A DNA stretch of 64,000 bases from Tubulanus polymorphus (GCF_964204645.1 NC_134025.1:3906001-3970000), one strand, 5' to 3'; positions 1-15,000 are shown, counted from the stretch's first letter. Notes: a model not told the origin generated them from the letters alone. Translations and numbers: made by a program.

Positions 1-3000
1 GGCAATCAGGGAACAAGTTACACGCATTACCGAAGTGTGGACAGAATTGAAAGATCAGGTACAAGAGATATTAGTTATATGTTCAACTATTAAATGTACA
101 ACGAATACTGGATGTTAATGATGTGAATTTTTGTTTGATTACAGTTGAAAGAACGAGATGAGAAACTGAATGAATCGAGCGAATTACAGAAGTTCTTACA
201 GAATCTTGATCACTTCCAAGCTTGGCTTTCACGTACCCAGACAGCGATCGCTTCTGAGGATATCCCACAAGACTTGGTACAAGCCGAACAGTTGTTGAAT
301 GAACATCAACAGATTAAAGAAGAGATCGATGGCTACGCGCCTGAATATGAAAAAATGAAAGATTACGGAAACAAGGTCACCGAAGGACAAAGCGACGCTC
401 AGTACATGTTCTTGAGCCAGAGATTACAGGCCCTGGACGATGGATGGAATGAGCTTCATCAGATGTGGGATAACCAACAAAATCTTCTCACTCAAGGCAT
501 GAACTTACAGGTAAGTGACCACCATCTATTGACGAATATTTCAAATGATATCGGCTGTGTTTTGTCTTAGTGCTAAATATTACATTTGTCATCATTTCAG
601 GTGTTCTTACGCGATAGTATCCAATGCGAAGTACAGTTAAGCAAGCAAGAAAACTTCCTAGCTAAAGATGATGTACCTGTAAGTAGCTATCAGAATATGA
701 ACATTTTAATTTATTTACAAGTTTCGTCTCACTATTATTCAATTTCATTGAAGTGCAAGTCATTTATTTTACATTACCATTATATTTAACAGTGGCAACG
801 AAATCTTGATGATTCAAATGTCAAAAATAGGTGGCAGATCATACCTTCATGGACTGAAGCTTAGGTCTCTTCCTTAATGTTTGAATATAAATAATGCATA
901 GAAAGACCTTAGAAATTATATTTCATTTAGAAAATTAACGATAAAAATGATTTTGATCTTTGCCACTCAATGAGTTTCATTTAATACCCATCTTTGCTGG
1001 TGTAACATTCTTGTGAAATTTTGTCCTTAGATCACTATATAAGTATTAAGTGTTCATAAGCAACACCAACTCGTTACACTGCTTGAATTCCATTGCTTTT
1101 GTAGAATATTTAGAAAGTCCATCGATATTTATGTTTCTAGATACCACGGCTCTTGCTTTATGCATATAGCCACGGTACGAAAAAATGATAGCTTTAAATA
1201 TATCTCTAGATTGATATCGATATTAGTTTTTGTGCTATATTTCATATGAACTAGAATTGTAACATATCAATATGCAGTGTCTTTGCACTGGTCGTGTTTC
1301 TATGTGTATGTTAGTTAACAAAGATATAAATACATAAACGAAAACTGATTTTCAACGATTCTGTTGCACAGAGCACCCAGGTTGGACGTGATAAACAGGT
1401 AAAGAAATGAAATACCTACAAACAAACAAAACACTGATTTGACTATAGCGAGCAGCATGATGGCCCGACGTGTGATTTCCCTTTTAATCTCATCTCATCG
1501 TTGTTTTCCCTCTAGATGTTCGTTCACTTGTTGTCAACGTTATCGATGTTGGCCACGGAGGACGTTCTGTTCATCTATTATTGCACTGTTTGTTCTCTCA
1601 CTTGTCTAAGCGTCGCCGATGATATGTCCGTTTGAAATTGTCATCGTTATTTCGACGTGATAAACTGAATGTAGCTCTTCGACTTAGACGAGTGTGAATC
1701 ATGCTCTTAAATTCCATATTCTTCTCAACTGATTATATCACTGTAGAATATGGGAATCATTTTCATCGCTGACATCTTTATATCGATCACAAGTAAAATC
1801 TCTTAAAGAATTGAGAATCAAGTTTATGTGATTATGATATAAACTTGTCAGTAATCTCAGTGTTGACATTTTCTGTGAATATGTTATACAGCCTTCCCCC
1901 GGACCCTCGAACCCGTCACCATTTCATATTTCAGCTCACTAACAAACTCATCATATTATGTGTAGGTTTAGAAACTGTTTATGTGTGTTTGAACATTCCT
2001 CGAATCAAGATTGTTCAAAATTACTTCCGCTCACGCTGTCTTCTACTGTTGGTCCTTTTCACTCTCTGTACACAGAAATTTATGTTTCGACTCTCGAAAA
2101 TTCTTTGGATGAAAAATCTTGTAATATAACGCAGTAATTATCCATATTCTTTCCGTCAGTAATTGGTTGGATCGTTGATAGTCTTAGTGGTGTCAGGTTG
2201 ACAGTAATTGTCGTTGACTTTGAAAGGGTCAGTCTATGTGGGTGAACCTCATGAATGAACATACTAACAAACGTCGATATGAACATGAATATTTGAAACC
2301 TAACTAACAGCAATGATTCCGAGTGAAAATATATGAATACACAATAAGTGGCATGTTTCCATTTTGAAAAGCATGGAATGTTGAGAATACAAGTTTTGAA
2401 GACATTGATACTTATCAACCGTACTTCCAGATATCCCCCATTTTCCTATCAGTTTTTGTCCAAATTACTTACTCTGCACATACGACTAATGACAAGTGGT
2501 AATTAAAATACGTGTATTCTTGGTGTTAATCAGATATAAAGATGTGTTCTTTGTTGTGTGGTCCCGATACATGTATGTTTTATTCTCGCCGAATTGGGTT
2601 AAATTCCTGATTCTGGTGCTATGTATTTTACCACGGAAAACTTTGAATAATGTTTTCCATCCTTTTATCGATGTACGATAGTTGTTTCGATGTTGTCTAG
2701 AGAAAAGCAAATGGAATTGCTTTGTTTGTTCAAATGTTACATTACGGGTAATGGAGGGCTACTTCCTATCAAAACCCCTTCAGTGAATATAGATTATGTA
2801 AGATGCCATAAGTATTCACGACTGAAAAAAATTAGGATGTCATCGAGTTATTTTTATCTTGATTATTAAGGGCTCTTTGGAGCAGGCGGAGAATATGATC
2901 AAGGAACATGAAGCGTTCATTACAACGATGGATGCTAATGATGAGAAAGTGAACGGCGTATTACAGTTTGCGCAGCGTCTGATCGATGAGAATCATTTCT

Positions 3001-6000
3001 CCGGTGATAAGATCCATACCAAGGCCCAAAATATTGAAGAAAGGTAATTATCGATTTATTTCATTACGCTTGAACTAGATGCTATTTATTTGAGCAGTTT
3101 CGATATCAATGTTTTATGTTTTTGTTTTCTACAGACGAAATGGTAATAGACAGAGAGCTTATGAGCATTTAGAACGGCTCAAAGACTCGCTGATGTTGCA
3201 GCAATTCATGCAGGACTGTGATGATGTAAGTATATAATCTCAGAAAAAGGCTTTGGCGCTCGAAATTCCAAGATCACGTGTTCGTAAAATTATTTGGTTT
3301 GTTTTTGGTAGATCGAAGAATGGCTGCAAGATAAGAAAATAGCCGCAGAAGATGAAACTTACCGAGATGCCAAGAATATCCATAGTAAATACATGAGGCA
3401 TCAAGCATTCGAATCCGAAATTACTGCTAATAAAGATCGTTTGAACAAGTGTGAACAGGTACAAACCATGTGAATTTACTGTTTAATATTCAGTATGAAC
3501 CGTGCCAGGAAGCTTTAGAAATTATTATATATTGATGCGTTTGATTTTAGGACGGAGATGAACTGGTCCGTCAGAAACCTGAATGGAATGAACGCATCGA
3601 GGAACGCCTCAATCAGTTGAAAACACAATGGGACGAACTGGAAGATACGACCAAAGATAAAGGGGCGCGTCTGTTCGACGCTAATAAACATGTACTGTAC
3701 GAACAGAATATTGATGATATCGACGGTTGGATGAAAGAACTCGAAACGCAGGTCATTCCAGAAGAAGCGAGCGAGAATTTGGCTGGTGTGAATATATTGA
3801 TCAAGAAACAGGAGGTAATTCATCAGAAATCTCCATCTCGATCGGCACGAATTTCTGTTGCGAAATTTGACGAATACGCCGCGATTTTCATTGTAGAATC
3901 AAGAACAAGAGATGGTCATCAAACAGCAACAGGTCGAAACATTAGAAGCGGAACAAACTTGTCTGTTAGATCTCGATCCGCATAAACGTGAAGAAATCGA
4001 GATGAGAAAGAAAGCTATTGAAGAAAGGTAAAAAATCGTCATTCTTCAACTTAAACAAGTTATATAACGCTATATTGAACATCTATTTCATACTTCATCC
4101 TCTTTCGTTTTTAGATTCCAGAGAATAAATGCACCATTGATCGAACGTCGTAATCAACTGGAACAGAAGAAACGTATTCATCAATTCCTACGAGATATCG
4201 AGGACGAGAAACTGTGGATCGATGAGAAGATGCAGCTGGCGACGTCGACTAACTACGGAAATAGTTTACTCAGCGTTCACATGCTGTTGAAAAAGAATAA
4301 AAGCCTTCAATCGGAGATCATGAACCACGAGCCGAGAATTCATTCTGTGTGCGACGACGGACGTCTGATGATCAGCGACGGACATCCTCTCTCCGAGGAA
4401 TTCCAACAGAAAATCGACGAATTGCTCGAATTGTGGGACGATTTACTGAAGGCGGTGGAAGCGCGAAAAGAAAGATTGCAGCAATCAGAGGTTGCTCAAC
4501 AGGTAAATATTCAAATACAGTAGTGAAGTTCGTACAGCGATATCGTGAAATACCTAATATATACCGCTTATTTTCAGTTCTACTACGATGCTTCCGAGGC
4601 CGAAGCCTGGATGAGCGAACAGGAGCTTTACATGATGGGCGAAGATCGGGCTAAAGATGAGAACGGCGCCAATAATATGATGAAGAAACACCAGAACCTA
4701 GAGAAGACTATTGAAGATTACGCCGAGACTATTCGTCAACTTAGCGATAATAGTCGGGAACTGATTGACCAGGAACATCCCGAGAGGTTCTTATAATTTA
4801 CAACTTTGATCGCGAACAAAACTATGTTCATTAAAGATCCGTACTAGACTGTTTAGCATCAGATAAATCGAACGTTGAATGAATCTGTATGGATTATTTG
4901 TCTTTTAAGTAATGTTTTGTATATTATTTTTCAGCGAGACAATTGCTACTCGTCAAGCGCAAGTCGATAAATTATACGCCGGATTGAAAGATCTGATGCA
5001 AGAAAGACGATCGCGTTTAGACGAAGTTCTGAAATTATACACGATGAATCGCGAGATCGAAGACTTGTTGCAGTGGATCGCTGAACGTGAGGTGGTCGCT
5101 GGATCACATGAGCTAGGACAAGACTTCGAACACGTCACGGTAAATATCGCCGCAGAATCTGTTGTACAGTCATACCCATGTCAGATCTGATGGGTACTAC
5201 GATGTATTTATATGACGAGTGAGGTCAAAATCCGACCTATGAAAAATTTCCAATTATTTCTTTATTCATTCTTGGTCAGTTATACTGTTAAACTTGCTTA
5301 AGTCATCATAGCTGTGGTAATCATTATGTTTGACTGTAGTTGACTATGCAACACGTCCCTGTTCCGACTAAAACTACATAGAAATATTGTTGAGAAGTAG
5401 ATATTGATTGTTTGTTGCGTTTATTGTTTCAGATGTTGTTAGATCGTTTTAAAGAATTCGCTCGTGACACGCAGAATATCGGTTCAGAACGCGTCGCTGA
5501 AGCTAATGACCTCTGCGATCAGCTGATCAACGCCGGTCATTCGGATGCGGCTACGATAGCTGAGTGGAAGGACGGCCTCAATGAGGCCTGGACAGACCTG
5601 TTAGAACTGATTGAGACGAGGACACAGGCTCTGCAGGCTTCTTGGGAACTTCACAAGTTCTTCCATGACTGCAAAGACACCTTGGAGAGAATCTACGTAA
5701 GTGGCATTTACATGAGTCTTCATGATACCGGTGTTTTGTTAGATTATGTCGTTATCGGTGAATTATGTTCAACTTCAGGAAAAGCAAAATACTATTCCCG
5801 AAGATCTTGGCCGCGATGCTAAAACGGTAGCTGCTCTCCAAAGGAAACATGCTAATTTCGAACATGATTTAGTCACACTTGGTGCTCAGGTAATATATAA
5901 GTTTAGCATTCATTACTCCAACCTGTTATGAGGTATGATTCTGTAGATGATCTGACGATACGTTTCGAATTTTACAGGTCCAAACGGTCCAAGAAGATGC

Positions 6001-9000
6001 CTCCAAGCTCATAGCTGGATATGCCGGTGATAAAGCCCGTGAAATACGTGAACGTGAGGCTGAAGTCGTCAACGCCTGGCGTAATTTACAGATGATGTGC
6101 GAATATCGTAAAAACAAACTCGCCGATACGAACGATCTGTTCAGATTCTTTAATATGGTGCGAGATTTACGTTTATGGATGAAAGATATCATCACACAGA
6201 TGAATACACAAGAAAAACCAAGGTTTGTACTTCGAGAAATATCGATACTCTGATTGTACTGAGAGTGAATTTAAGAGCTATTAGATTAATGAATATGTTG
6301 ATATTTTCAGAGATGTTTCCGGCGTTGAACTGTTGATGAATAATCATCAGTCGTTGAAAGCCGAAGTGGATGCACGCGAAGAAAACTTCGCGATCTGCGT
6401 GAACTTGGGAAAGGATCTTCTGGCGAGGAAACATTACAGACAAGAGGAGGTAACGAGGTCTTCTCTAGCTACAGTTCTCGACCATCTGTTTAATATGATG
6501 CTCGATGTGGTAATGCATGAATTTCTACGACAAAAGAAAGATAAAAGTGCCAAGATATTGAATGATGGGGGTTTTGGTTTCGTGATCAAGTGAAATTTTT
6601 GGAAATCCTTTTTGGTTAAGATTGATGAATTCGATCAAAAAAGTCATTTATCTCGTGAAACTTAACCCCGAAATTATGATCGCAAGTTTCTAATCTCGTG
6701 GATTGATGTAATTTTAGGTTCGAGAGAAATTGATACAGCTTACCACAGAACGATGTACGATGATGGATCAATGGGAAGATCGATGGGAATATTTACAACT
6801 GAGTAAGTTTTATAGTTAAATCACTCATTTCTGAATAACAAAAAAAAAGATCTCCATCGCTGTAATGATAACGATTGTTTGTTCTAGTTTTGGAAGTTTA
6901 TCAGTTCGCTCGAGACGCTTACATCGCTGAGTGCTGGCTCATAGCGCAGGAACCATACTTACAAAATACTGACCTTGGCGTAAGTAAATCGTTTAGATGC
7001 AATGTACTTCTCCAGGGAGGCCACTTACCTGGAAGTTAGGGAAATTTCTTTTCTTTAAAAAAGTCTGGGAATAGTCAGGGATTTTGTAAAAAAAAAGCTT
7101 AAAATCAGGGAAAAGTCGGGGAAATTTGTTGATTGTGCTTATAATCAAATTTTCCAACACATGTCTTAGATTTAACTGTATTAATGGATTGGATTCTTAC
7201 CCGGATCAAGTCAGGGAAAACAACTTAAATGTTGGCGAATAATCGGGGTAAAGTCAGATCAAATAAATGCGGCTACCCCGCTCTCATCGTGATGTATTAA
7301 TTATCATCGTAATAATTGATTGATACGTGGATGAATCAGCGGATGATGACTGGTTCACTGTCACGTTGATAATATCTGATTGTCCAGTAGAGTGGAAGAA
7401 GTTACTACCGCGGTAGATGATGACGACGATCTGAATTCACATCGACTGGAAAATTGTCTCGAATCGATAACTCGCCAGACCGAAAGATAATCCCATTAAA
7501 TGCCTTCGGTCTGGTGTTAAAAACGATATCGATTGATCAATTTTTGCGGATACGGTCGGTACAGATTTTTGATTCGTCGTTTACAGGAAACGTTAGCCGA
7601 AGTTGAGAAATTGATTAAGAAACACGAAGCGTTTGAAAAGGCTGCAGCTACGCAAGAGGAAAGATTCGCCGCATTGGAACGTTTGACTACGGTAGGATTT
7701 ATTCTTAATAAGCACACTTAATACACACGCTTAATTTATATATAATCATTCAATGTGGCATTTCTATTATCGACCGTCGATTTTGTTAATTGGGTCGATC
7801 GATTAAAAAACCAAGGATGAAAAAAAATGTGAATATAGTTCTGGGGCAGCACAACTGATAATTACAACAATATGTTGAAGCAGCAGCACGGATAGATGAT
7901 AGCTTCGAGTGATTAACTTATACATTATGTGCACATATTGTCGTTTCAATGTGGACAGATGTCTGAAGCAAAAAAAAACTTGATTTGAAGTCTAATTCAT
8001 ATAATCAGTTATTTGTTGCTTGAAACCTCGGCTTTTCTAGTTGGCATATATATATATACATATATGTAGTATATTATACATTACGCGATGATGTGACTTT
8101 CTTTCAAACGCTTACAATTTCTTCACACATTTTTCAAAAGAACGCTTTTCGCTGAGTGTTATATATTCATCATGAATCTCTCGTGCGTTGTTATTGTTGT
8201 TGTTGTTGTTGTTGTAAATGTTGTTGTGTCAGTATAACACAAACGCCTGACGATGCTAATGCCATTTTTCTTCAAAGTTTGAACTGAAAGAACGCATACG
8301 ACGCCGGCGAGAGAAATACGCGAGTCTCGGCTACGACACGGGCACGTCGTTAAGCCCGCAGGAGGGTAGCTTCCACGAGGATGATACTATTAATGTAAAT
8401 ACCATAAATACCGTTTAGTTTCATGAGCCAAATTGGTAGTGGACTAACCTTCTATACAGCTAAGTTCATTTGGCCGCGATTGTCATGAATGTGAAATACT
8501 AACGATTTATTTGGAAATACAGTGAAAACTGCTTTAATTCAAGTCGTGAGAGGCTGATGAAATTAATCCGGTTCGTGTGAAATCTGCAAAAAAATCTCAA
8601 ATCATACGTGTTTGTGTATCATCGGGCGATAAATGATATCCGGATTAGCTTAAAATCGGGATTAAACTAATCTGAATTAAGCGGGTTCGACTGTAAATCG
8701 CATTCACGACAATTTGAAGTCACGTGTAGTTGAATAACTGGAGTTTCTGTTCGTCAACCCCAGTGTTCGGCATGAGTATTATCATCAATTATTATCATAG
8801 TAATATTTATTATCATCTAATAAATTGTAGACATCTTGCAAATTGCCTGCTAAACGCACGCGACATATCCTCGCAAACTTACGGGTGAGTGAGGTGAGGC
8901 TTATTCACCGCCCCCTCGCTCGCTCTCTTTCAATTAAAAAAAAACCGGTTTCCACCACTGCAGGCTCGCATCCTTCTATACCTTACAAACAATTATCACG

Positions 9001-12000
9001 AATAGAACTGAAAATCTAGAAGACGATTTTAGTCGAGAGTTAGTTGTTTTTAAATCGCGTGCTGTGTTTGTGTTTTTTGAAGTTGCGACTATCGTCGTCG
9101 TCGCTCGACGAGGATCACGCGACGGCAGACGACGAGCTTCCATCGCTCGTTCTCAGCGGACGCCGATATTCCGAGGAAGATCTGATGGCTTCGTTAAAAA
9201 CGCGCAGTAAATTAACGAAGAAAGAACGGGTGAATTTATTACACATTACATTATTTTATATATATATATATATATTTTATATATACGTAAAGTTCTTCTA
9301 GTTTGATTCAATGCACAAGTGAGAGGCGGCTATAATTTCGGTGTCCGGGCTTCATTTCATCGAGGTTTTTACGTAAGACGCTGAATATTAGGATATTAAC
9401 GCTGCCATATTTATTTCTTATCGGGTTCACCGAAATCTAGACGCATTGATAAATCGTTTCTTCAGTTTATAGAGTTCGAAACATCCAAATTGTGGTTTTT
9501 AAATGGCAAGGGTAGTTTGGAGAACGCCAGATGGCGCTACTCGTCAAAAGCATTGTATGAGTATCGATTAAATTTCTTAGTAATTATAAGTGATGTCATG
9601 GCAATCTAGGTTATATATTGAGCTGATAAACATCGGCTTCGTTCTTTTATATCCACATGACCTTCGGATTTATTGAAACCTCTTTTCGAGAATATTTGAT
9701 TGGTCCGCTCTCGAAGAGAGACCGTAACGGGAAGTTTCGATGAGCCCATCGTGAGTGTACACCTCCGCAATAATACCTGTATTCGAGATTATCTATGGCA
9801 GTGTTGCAATTGGAATATGTCTCTGGTTTGAATTGGCTCGGGGTATTTGCGTGCAAACCATACACACCACAATGTTAGAGGTTTTAAATCGGGGATTTAA
9901 TTGTATTTCACCCGTAGTACAAGATCTATTCACGCATAGACGCCCCCTATAGGCTAGTTAAGAACACAAACTAATTAGAACCGGAAAACAGCCACAAGAG
10001 ATGGTATTAGTGAAAATTGCATGAAGATTTATGGTTTGATGAATTAGGGTTGAATTTCTTTGTTTGTTTATTCACTTTTTGGTTTCATTTTCTTACACGT
10101 TTTGATTTTTTTGGTGAAATTTGTATTTAAGAACGTGGAAGATGATAATTTACTAGATACTCCTCCAGCTGTAGTTAAAAAATGCTTGATTAATTGATAA
10201 AATGTTTCGACTCTGTGGCACATTCGATATTGCATCATCTGACAATTTACTTATTTTCTTTTGATCTGAACATTTTCACCCTAGCTGAACACGTATACGG
10301 CTGACACCTTTTTATTTTACGTTTTGCAATCAATAATGCAACAATCATGAATTTTTTCGTTGGTGTTAGATTGAAACTTGATTCAGCATCGGAGAAATCG
10401 TAAACAGAGTTGGGTTGAGGGAACTACTGGCTTAATCAAAACCGAGATGACAATAACATGCTTTTAACGGTTATTGGTTTATTTATCAATCATCCATTCA
10501 TCATCAAAACAAACCCTAACATCGATCAACTGTGTATCTTCATAAAAAATCTACGTATGATTTTCCCATCGGTTCTGCTTGGAAAATATCTGAACAATTC
10601 GTGCAGATATTCAGACATTCTTAGACAACCGATGGAGCGATTTTGACCTAATCTGGATTATTCATCATCATCAGTATTATAATATCAACACGATGAGATC
10701 TGTTCGATCTGCCGGTGTGTGCGTCTGTATTAATTAATCAGCCGCAATATGTGCTGTTGTTTGAGTAAGGGTCATTACGGATTATTCAGGGAAAGTCTTC
10801 AGGTAAAACCTTCACGATCATAAACCTATATAAGTAATGGTGGCCAATACAGCTGAGCGAGTCTTGTAGTGGTGGAATATGATGTGGACAGAGTCGGAAC
10901 ATTTCAAGTTTTGTTACACCCCAGTAGACTGTTTATACCTGTTTATATGATGATAATATCCCTGTAGATTATAAAATCCCAATGTTTTTATTGTTGTTGT
11001 GCATAGAGTGAAATGATTTTTTATTTGTAGAATATTTCGAGTTAAAGCATTGTCATAGTGTGACTACTGTCAACTTCTTATGTGTGTGGTTCACTATAAC
11101 TTCGCGCATGAAAGTTGTTATTCTGTTGTTGTTGAAAGTATTTCAGATTCCGTGGACAAACTCTTAACATAACTTTTCTTCTAGCAGACGTTGAGTCTTT
11201 CAGTATACTAGAATGTTGCTGCTCCTTACTGAATGAAGTGTCTGGGTTCCCACAGCTCTCTGCAGCCCGCCTTCACAAACCCATCATCTTTCCATATTCA
11301 GCACAGTACAAAACGTAACATTCACTGAAATCTTTAGAAGCAAAATTCAATAGATCTTTAGTGCTAATATTACCGGTATTAGAATTTTTATGCATTCTGA
11401 AACAAAGATTTTTTGCTTGCAAATTTTGATGAATCAAATTCGCCAAAACGTAAACAGGATGAATTGAATTGTTGCGGTATTTAGACTGACTGCATTTGTG
11501 CATTTTGTAAAAATGTTGTGGTGGCGAATTGCCTATTATTATACATGAAATTGATGGGATTGAGGTTTACGACTAATGAGTGAATTGTTAGTGCTTTTTC
11601 TCAAGAGAGCGCAACCGAGGAAAAACTGATCTGTTTATATGCACCGCCGCTGAACTGTATTTGATGCCTCTTGACAAAACCCTCCTGTTGATGCAACTGT
11701 AAGCGATTTGCTCGTGGAATGTTTCGTAGAAAAATATTTATTCGTCCTTTTGCCATAATTAAACCAATCGGACCGTCGAAATTACGCTTATCTCCTCAGA
11801 TATGCGTCGAACTCTGAAGAGTTTTTTCGAAATGAAAAAGTAAGCAGGCTTGAATAACAGGCGGGTTTTTTCTTTTAAAATGGGGAGGTTGTATACGAGA
11901 AGAGCTTCTATTTGGATTGGGTGGATTCTGTATCAAATCCTTATTGTTTACATTATACAGACTGTTGTGAGTAGATATTACTCACACAGGCTTTCTTAAG

Positions 12001-15000
12001 CCGGTCTTATTATAGACTCAGCTGGTTGTCTTACCCTGTATCATTATCAGTACAGGATGGTGCATCACACGGATCAGGTAATTTCCTTTGTATCAAACTT
12101 CTTCGTTAAAACTGTTCGTTCTGAAAAAAAAGCATATTTCACGTGCAAAATATTATGAATATTTGATAGAATAGATCGTCAAAGTGTGCGATCTCAAGAT
12201 GCTTGGTTTGAGAACTCAGTTTTAATGATGAAGGTGCGTTTTGAATGATACTTTCAAACTGAAATGTCCAGGTTGGTGCAGATGGGTAATGCCGATATTT
12301 TCTGCCATGGATTTGTGCATAATTGCTTCTGCAATTATTTCTTTATCGGCCATTTATCAGTTAGCGAAATCAGCATGGCTTCGAGGCAATTTTTGATTAT
12401 TTATAGATGATTGTCAATCACGGATAATGAGCCTCTTGTCATGAGGAGTATTCACTGGCTGTGCTGAGCGCACGTGGGTTTCGCTGTAGGGTCAACTGCT
12501 GATTTCTTTAACGCGTTCACAATGAAGTTCGTTTTCAATTGAAGTCACCGGCTGAAGCTACAGCTGCTCGAATCGAAGTCCATGGAATGAAATAATAGTT
12601 GTTCGTAGCGAATTCGTATTTTCACCGTCGATCATGGGAAATGTTATTCTGTTACAGTTCGAGTTGAAAGAAAGACAGAAACGTCAAGAAGAAGAATATC
12701 GTCGCCAACATCCAGAAATTGATCATGGCGTCTCGCCGCGAGAATTACGGTTACAGAAAATGATCGAGGAGTTCCTTCCTCCACCGGAGAAGTAAGATAT
12801 TATCTAAACATGATTGCAGTTCAGCCGACAGAATCGATTCAGAAAAAGACCTCCTTGTCAAGAATATTAATAATTTCGGTCGCTAATGTTTATTGCGCGT
12901 GTTTTTATAGAGAACCAGAACCAGAAATTGTGCACGAACCAGAACGAGGTGCCGGTGAACCGCTAGTCAATGGAGAATCAGAAGAACCATCAAGAGCTCG
13001 TAAGTATTACAATATGTATTACATGTATCGAACTGGCATCTGTGTAATAACTACTGCTATCTATCTATCTATCTATCTATCATCAGTGTGTGTCCTCCCT
13101 CGATCATGTTTCGTCGTACATGATTAAATCAAATCTTATTCGGAATTCCGTGCTTTAACAACTGGTTTGGATTTGATTCTGTCGTACTGAATGTCCTGCT
13201 GTCCTCGCTCAATAACAATGTGGTCAATTGAGTGAACCGATGTCACCTCTGTGTTCATTGAAAACGTCGCTCTATGTTGTCACTTCGTAACTATATTCGA
13301 TGGACAGCTGGCTCGATGAGTCATTCTTTCATTACAAATTTGCCAACTTTTGAAATTTGACAAGTTATTCCTCCCTCTCTTGTGTCTAATGGAATAATTT
13401 GTAAAGATGGCAAAAAATGTTGTCACTATTGTGTTAGCGTATATTGTGGCGGCTTATTCCTTCCAATCTCACTCATTCGATGTCTGAGAGCTTCTTCTCT
13501 TTTACTACCAATCATTCGAGTCGGTTTTTTCTGATCACAGATTAACGGAGAACCCCCGCGCTGCAGTAGACTCGGCTAGCTACTGTATAGAATAGTAAAT
13601 CTATCAATTATAGCTAAATTAAATCCACCTCTGAAAGCATTAGCTTAGTATCTGATACTAATTGACTACTGAAGTCAATGTAAACACTCAATCTCTGCAT
13701 GTTCTTTACCATAGTTATTAGTTTCTTTATGATTTGATTTAAAAAGAAAAACATGTTAGAATAATTTTATAATGAAGATATTATGGGCATTTAATTAAAT
13801 GGTTGAATAATCTTAAGATTTAATTTTTAGTGCCTTTAAACTTGTACAATTCAAGAAATTACTGATTTCTAATATTGTATTTTTAACGTCTATTAATTAT
13901 ATTGACTCATTTATTAATCATTTCATCTTTCGATATTTTGTGCATCTTGGAGAATTCTTTAACGAACTGACATCAATCTGTCCGCTCATCGTTTAAAATC
14001 TTTTCAGTTTTTTCCTCATCTCTATTTATCGTCAATCCGAAACGACCATCATGAAAAAAGATCAACTTTCATTTGTTGTTTTCTTCGAGTCATTTTTTTT
14101 GTTTTAAATCTTCATCGACATTTCTTCATCTTGACTTCAACTGTTTGCTCCGAGATGCTGTAAATTTGTTGAACTAACAAAACATTTCTATATAAACCGT
14201 GCTATCCAACCATCCATCCATCCATCCATTGTGCGGCCGTGTGCCTGTGTTCGACGCATGTGTAACTTGACTCATGAAAATGCATGTATCTTTCTGTACT
14301 TACGTAGCGGTTGAAGGAGAACCTAAAATATCGACCAGCGAGCCGTCTAAGGGTAAGTTCAGATACGAAAATGATTTTTTAATCATCGCCGCGAATGCTT
14401 TCTGATCATCGCTGGGAAAGGTTTTGATAGATCATTACGTTCAACCGCCTTATTTTTGTCCTTCGTACGTAGAGGAAATCCTTGGTTATTTTTCATTTCA
14501 TCTCGAGAAAATAGTCGAGTCTGGCCAGGATCCCGGATAGCTAGCTTTCTAACCCTTAGCTTACTTAGGGCTGAGATCTTTTCAGATCGAAGGTAAGTGC
14601 AGCTTTTCTGCGTCCTTACCGTAGATAGTAGGGTTGCTGATTTCGGCATCGATTGAGGTAAGTTCGAACTATACGATCGATGGCTACTTTTAATGCTTGA
14701 AGAAGGTTCTTTTCTGATCATATGGATTTCTCATTTCATCATCTTTACGCTCAGAGGTCCCCGGTACGTGTGTTCGCTTTCATCAAAGTCCTGCGAAAAA
14801 AAAAAATTTGTTGAAATTAATGGAAAATTGTTGATTTTAATGGAAACAGAGCTTTCTCCAGACCCATTCATCAGTCTTGTCTCGTCAAATCATTCATCAC
14901 TCTTTTGTTGTGCATTTCATGCTTGCTTTTCAGTCTCAATTGTTGTTTTCATCACTATAATATACTGCCGCGATGCGATATAACTGCTTCAGTGGAAAGC

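Noticed and set aside
1845-2710. Several 60-112 aa ORFs inside the long spectrin intron
   Set aside because: AT-rich, composition-biased, no splice-consistent frame or recognisable motif; chance ORFs.
8186-8227. (GTT)n tract; also (TA)n at ~8047, ~9258, ~35336, (ATCT)n at ~13058 and (CATT)n at ~20444
   Set aside because: Ordinary short microsatellites.
13541-13600. Acceptor-like site followed by GC-richer text (possible extra terminal spectrin exon, H*)
   Set aside because: Only an acceptor is visible; no further support.
14473-14484. Possible 12-nt microexon (EEIL)
   Set aside because: Acceptor is good but the donor gttatt is weak; not counted in the array.
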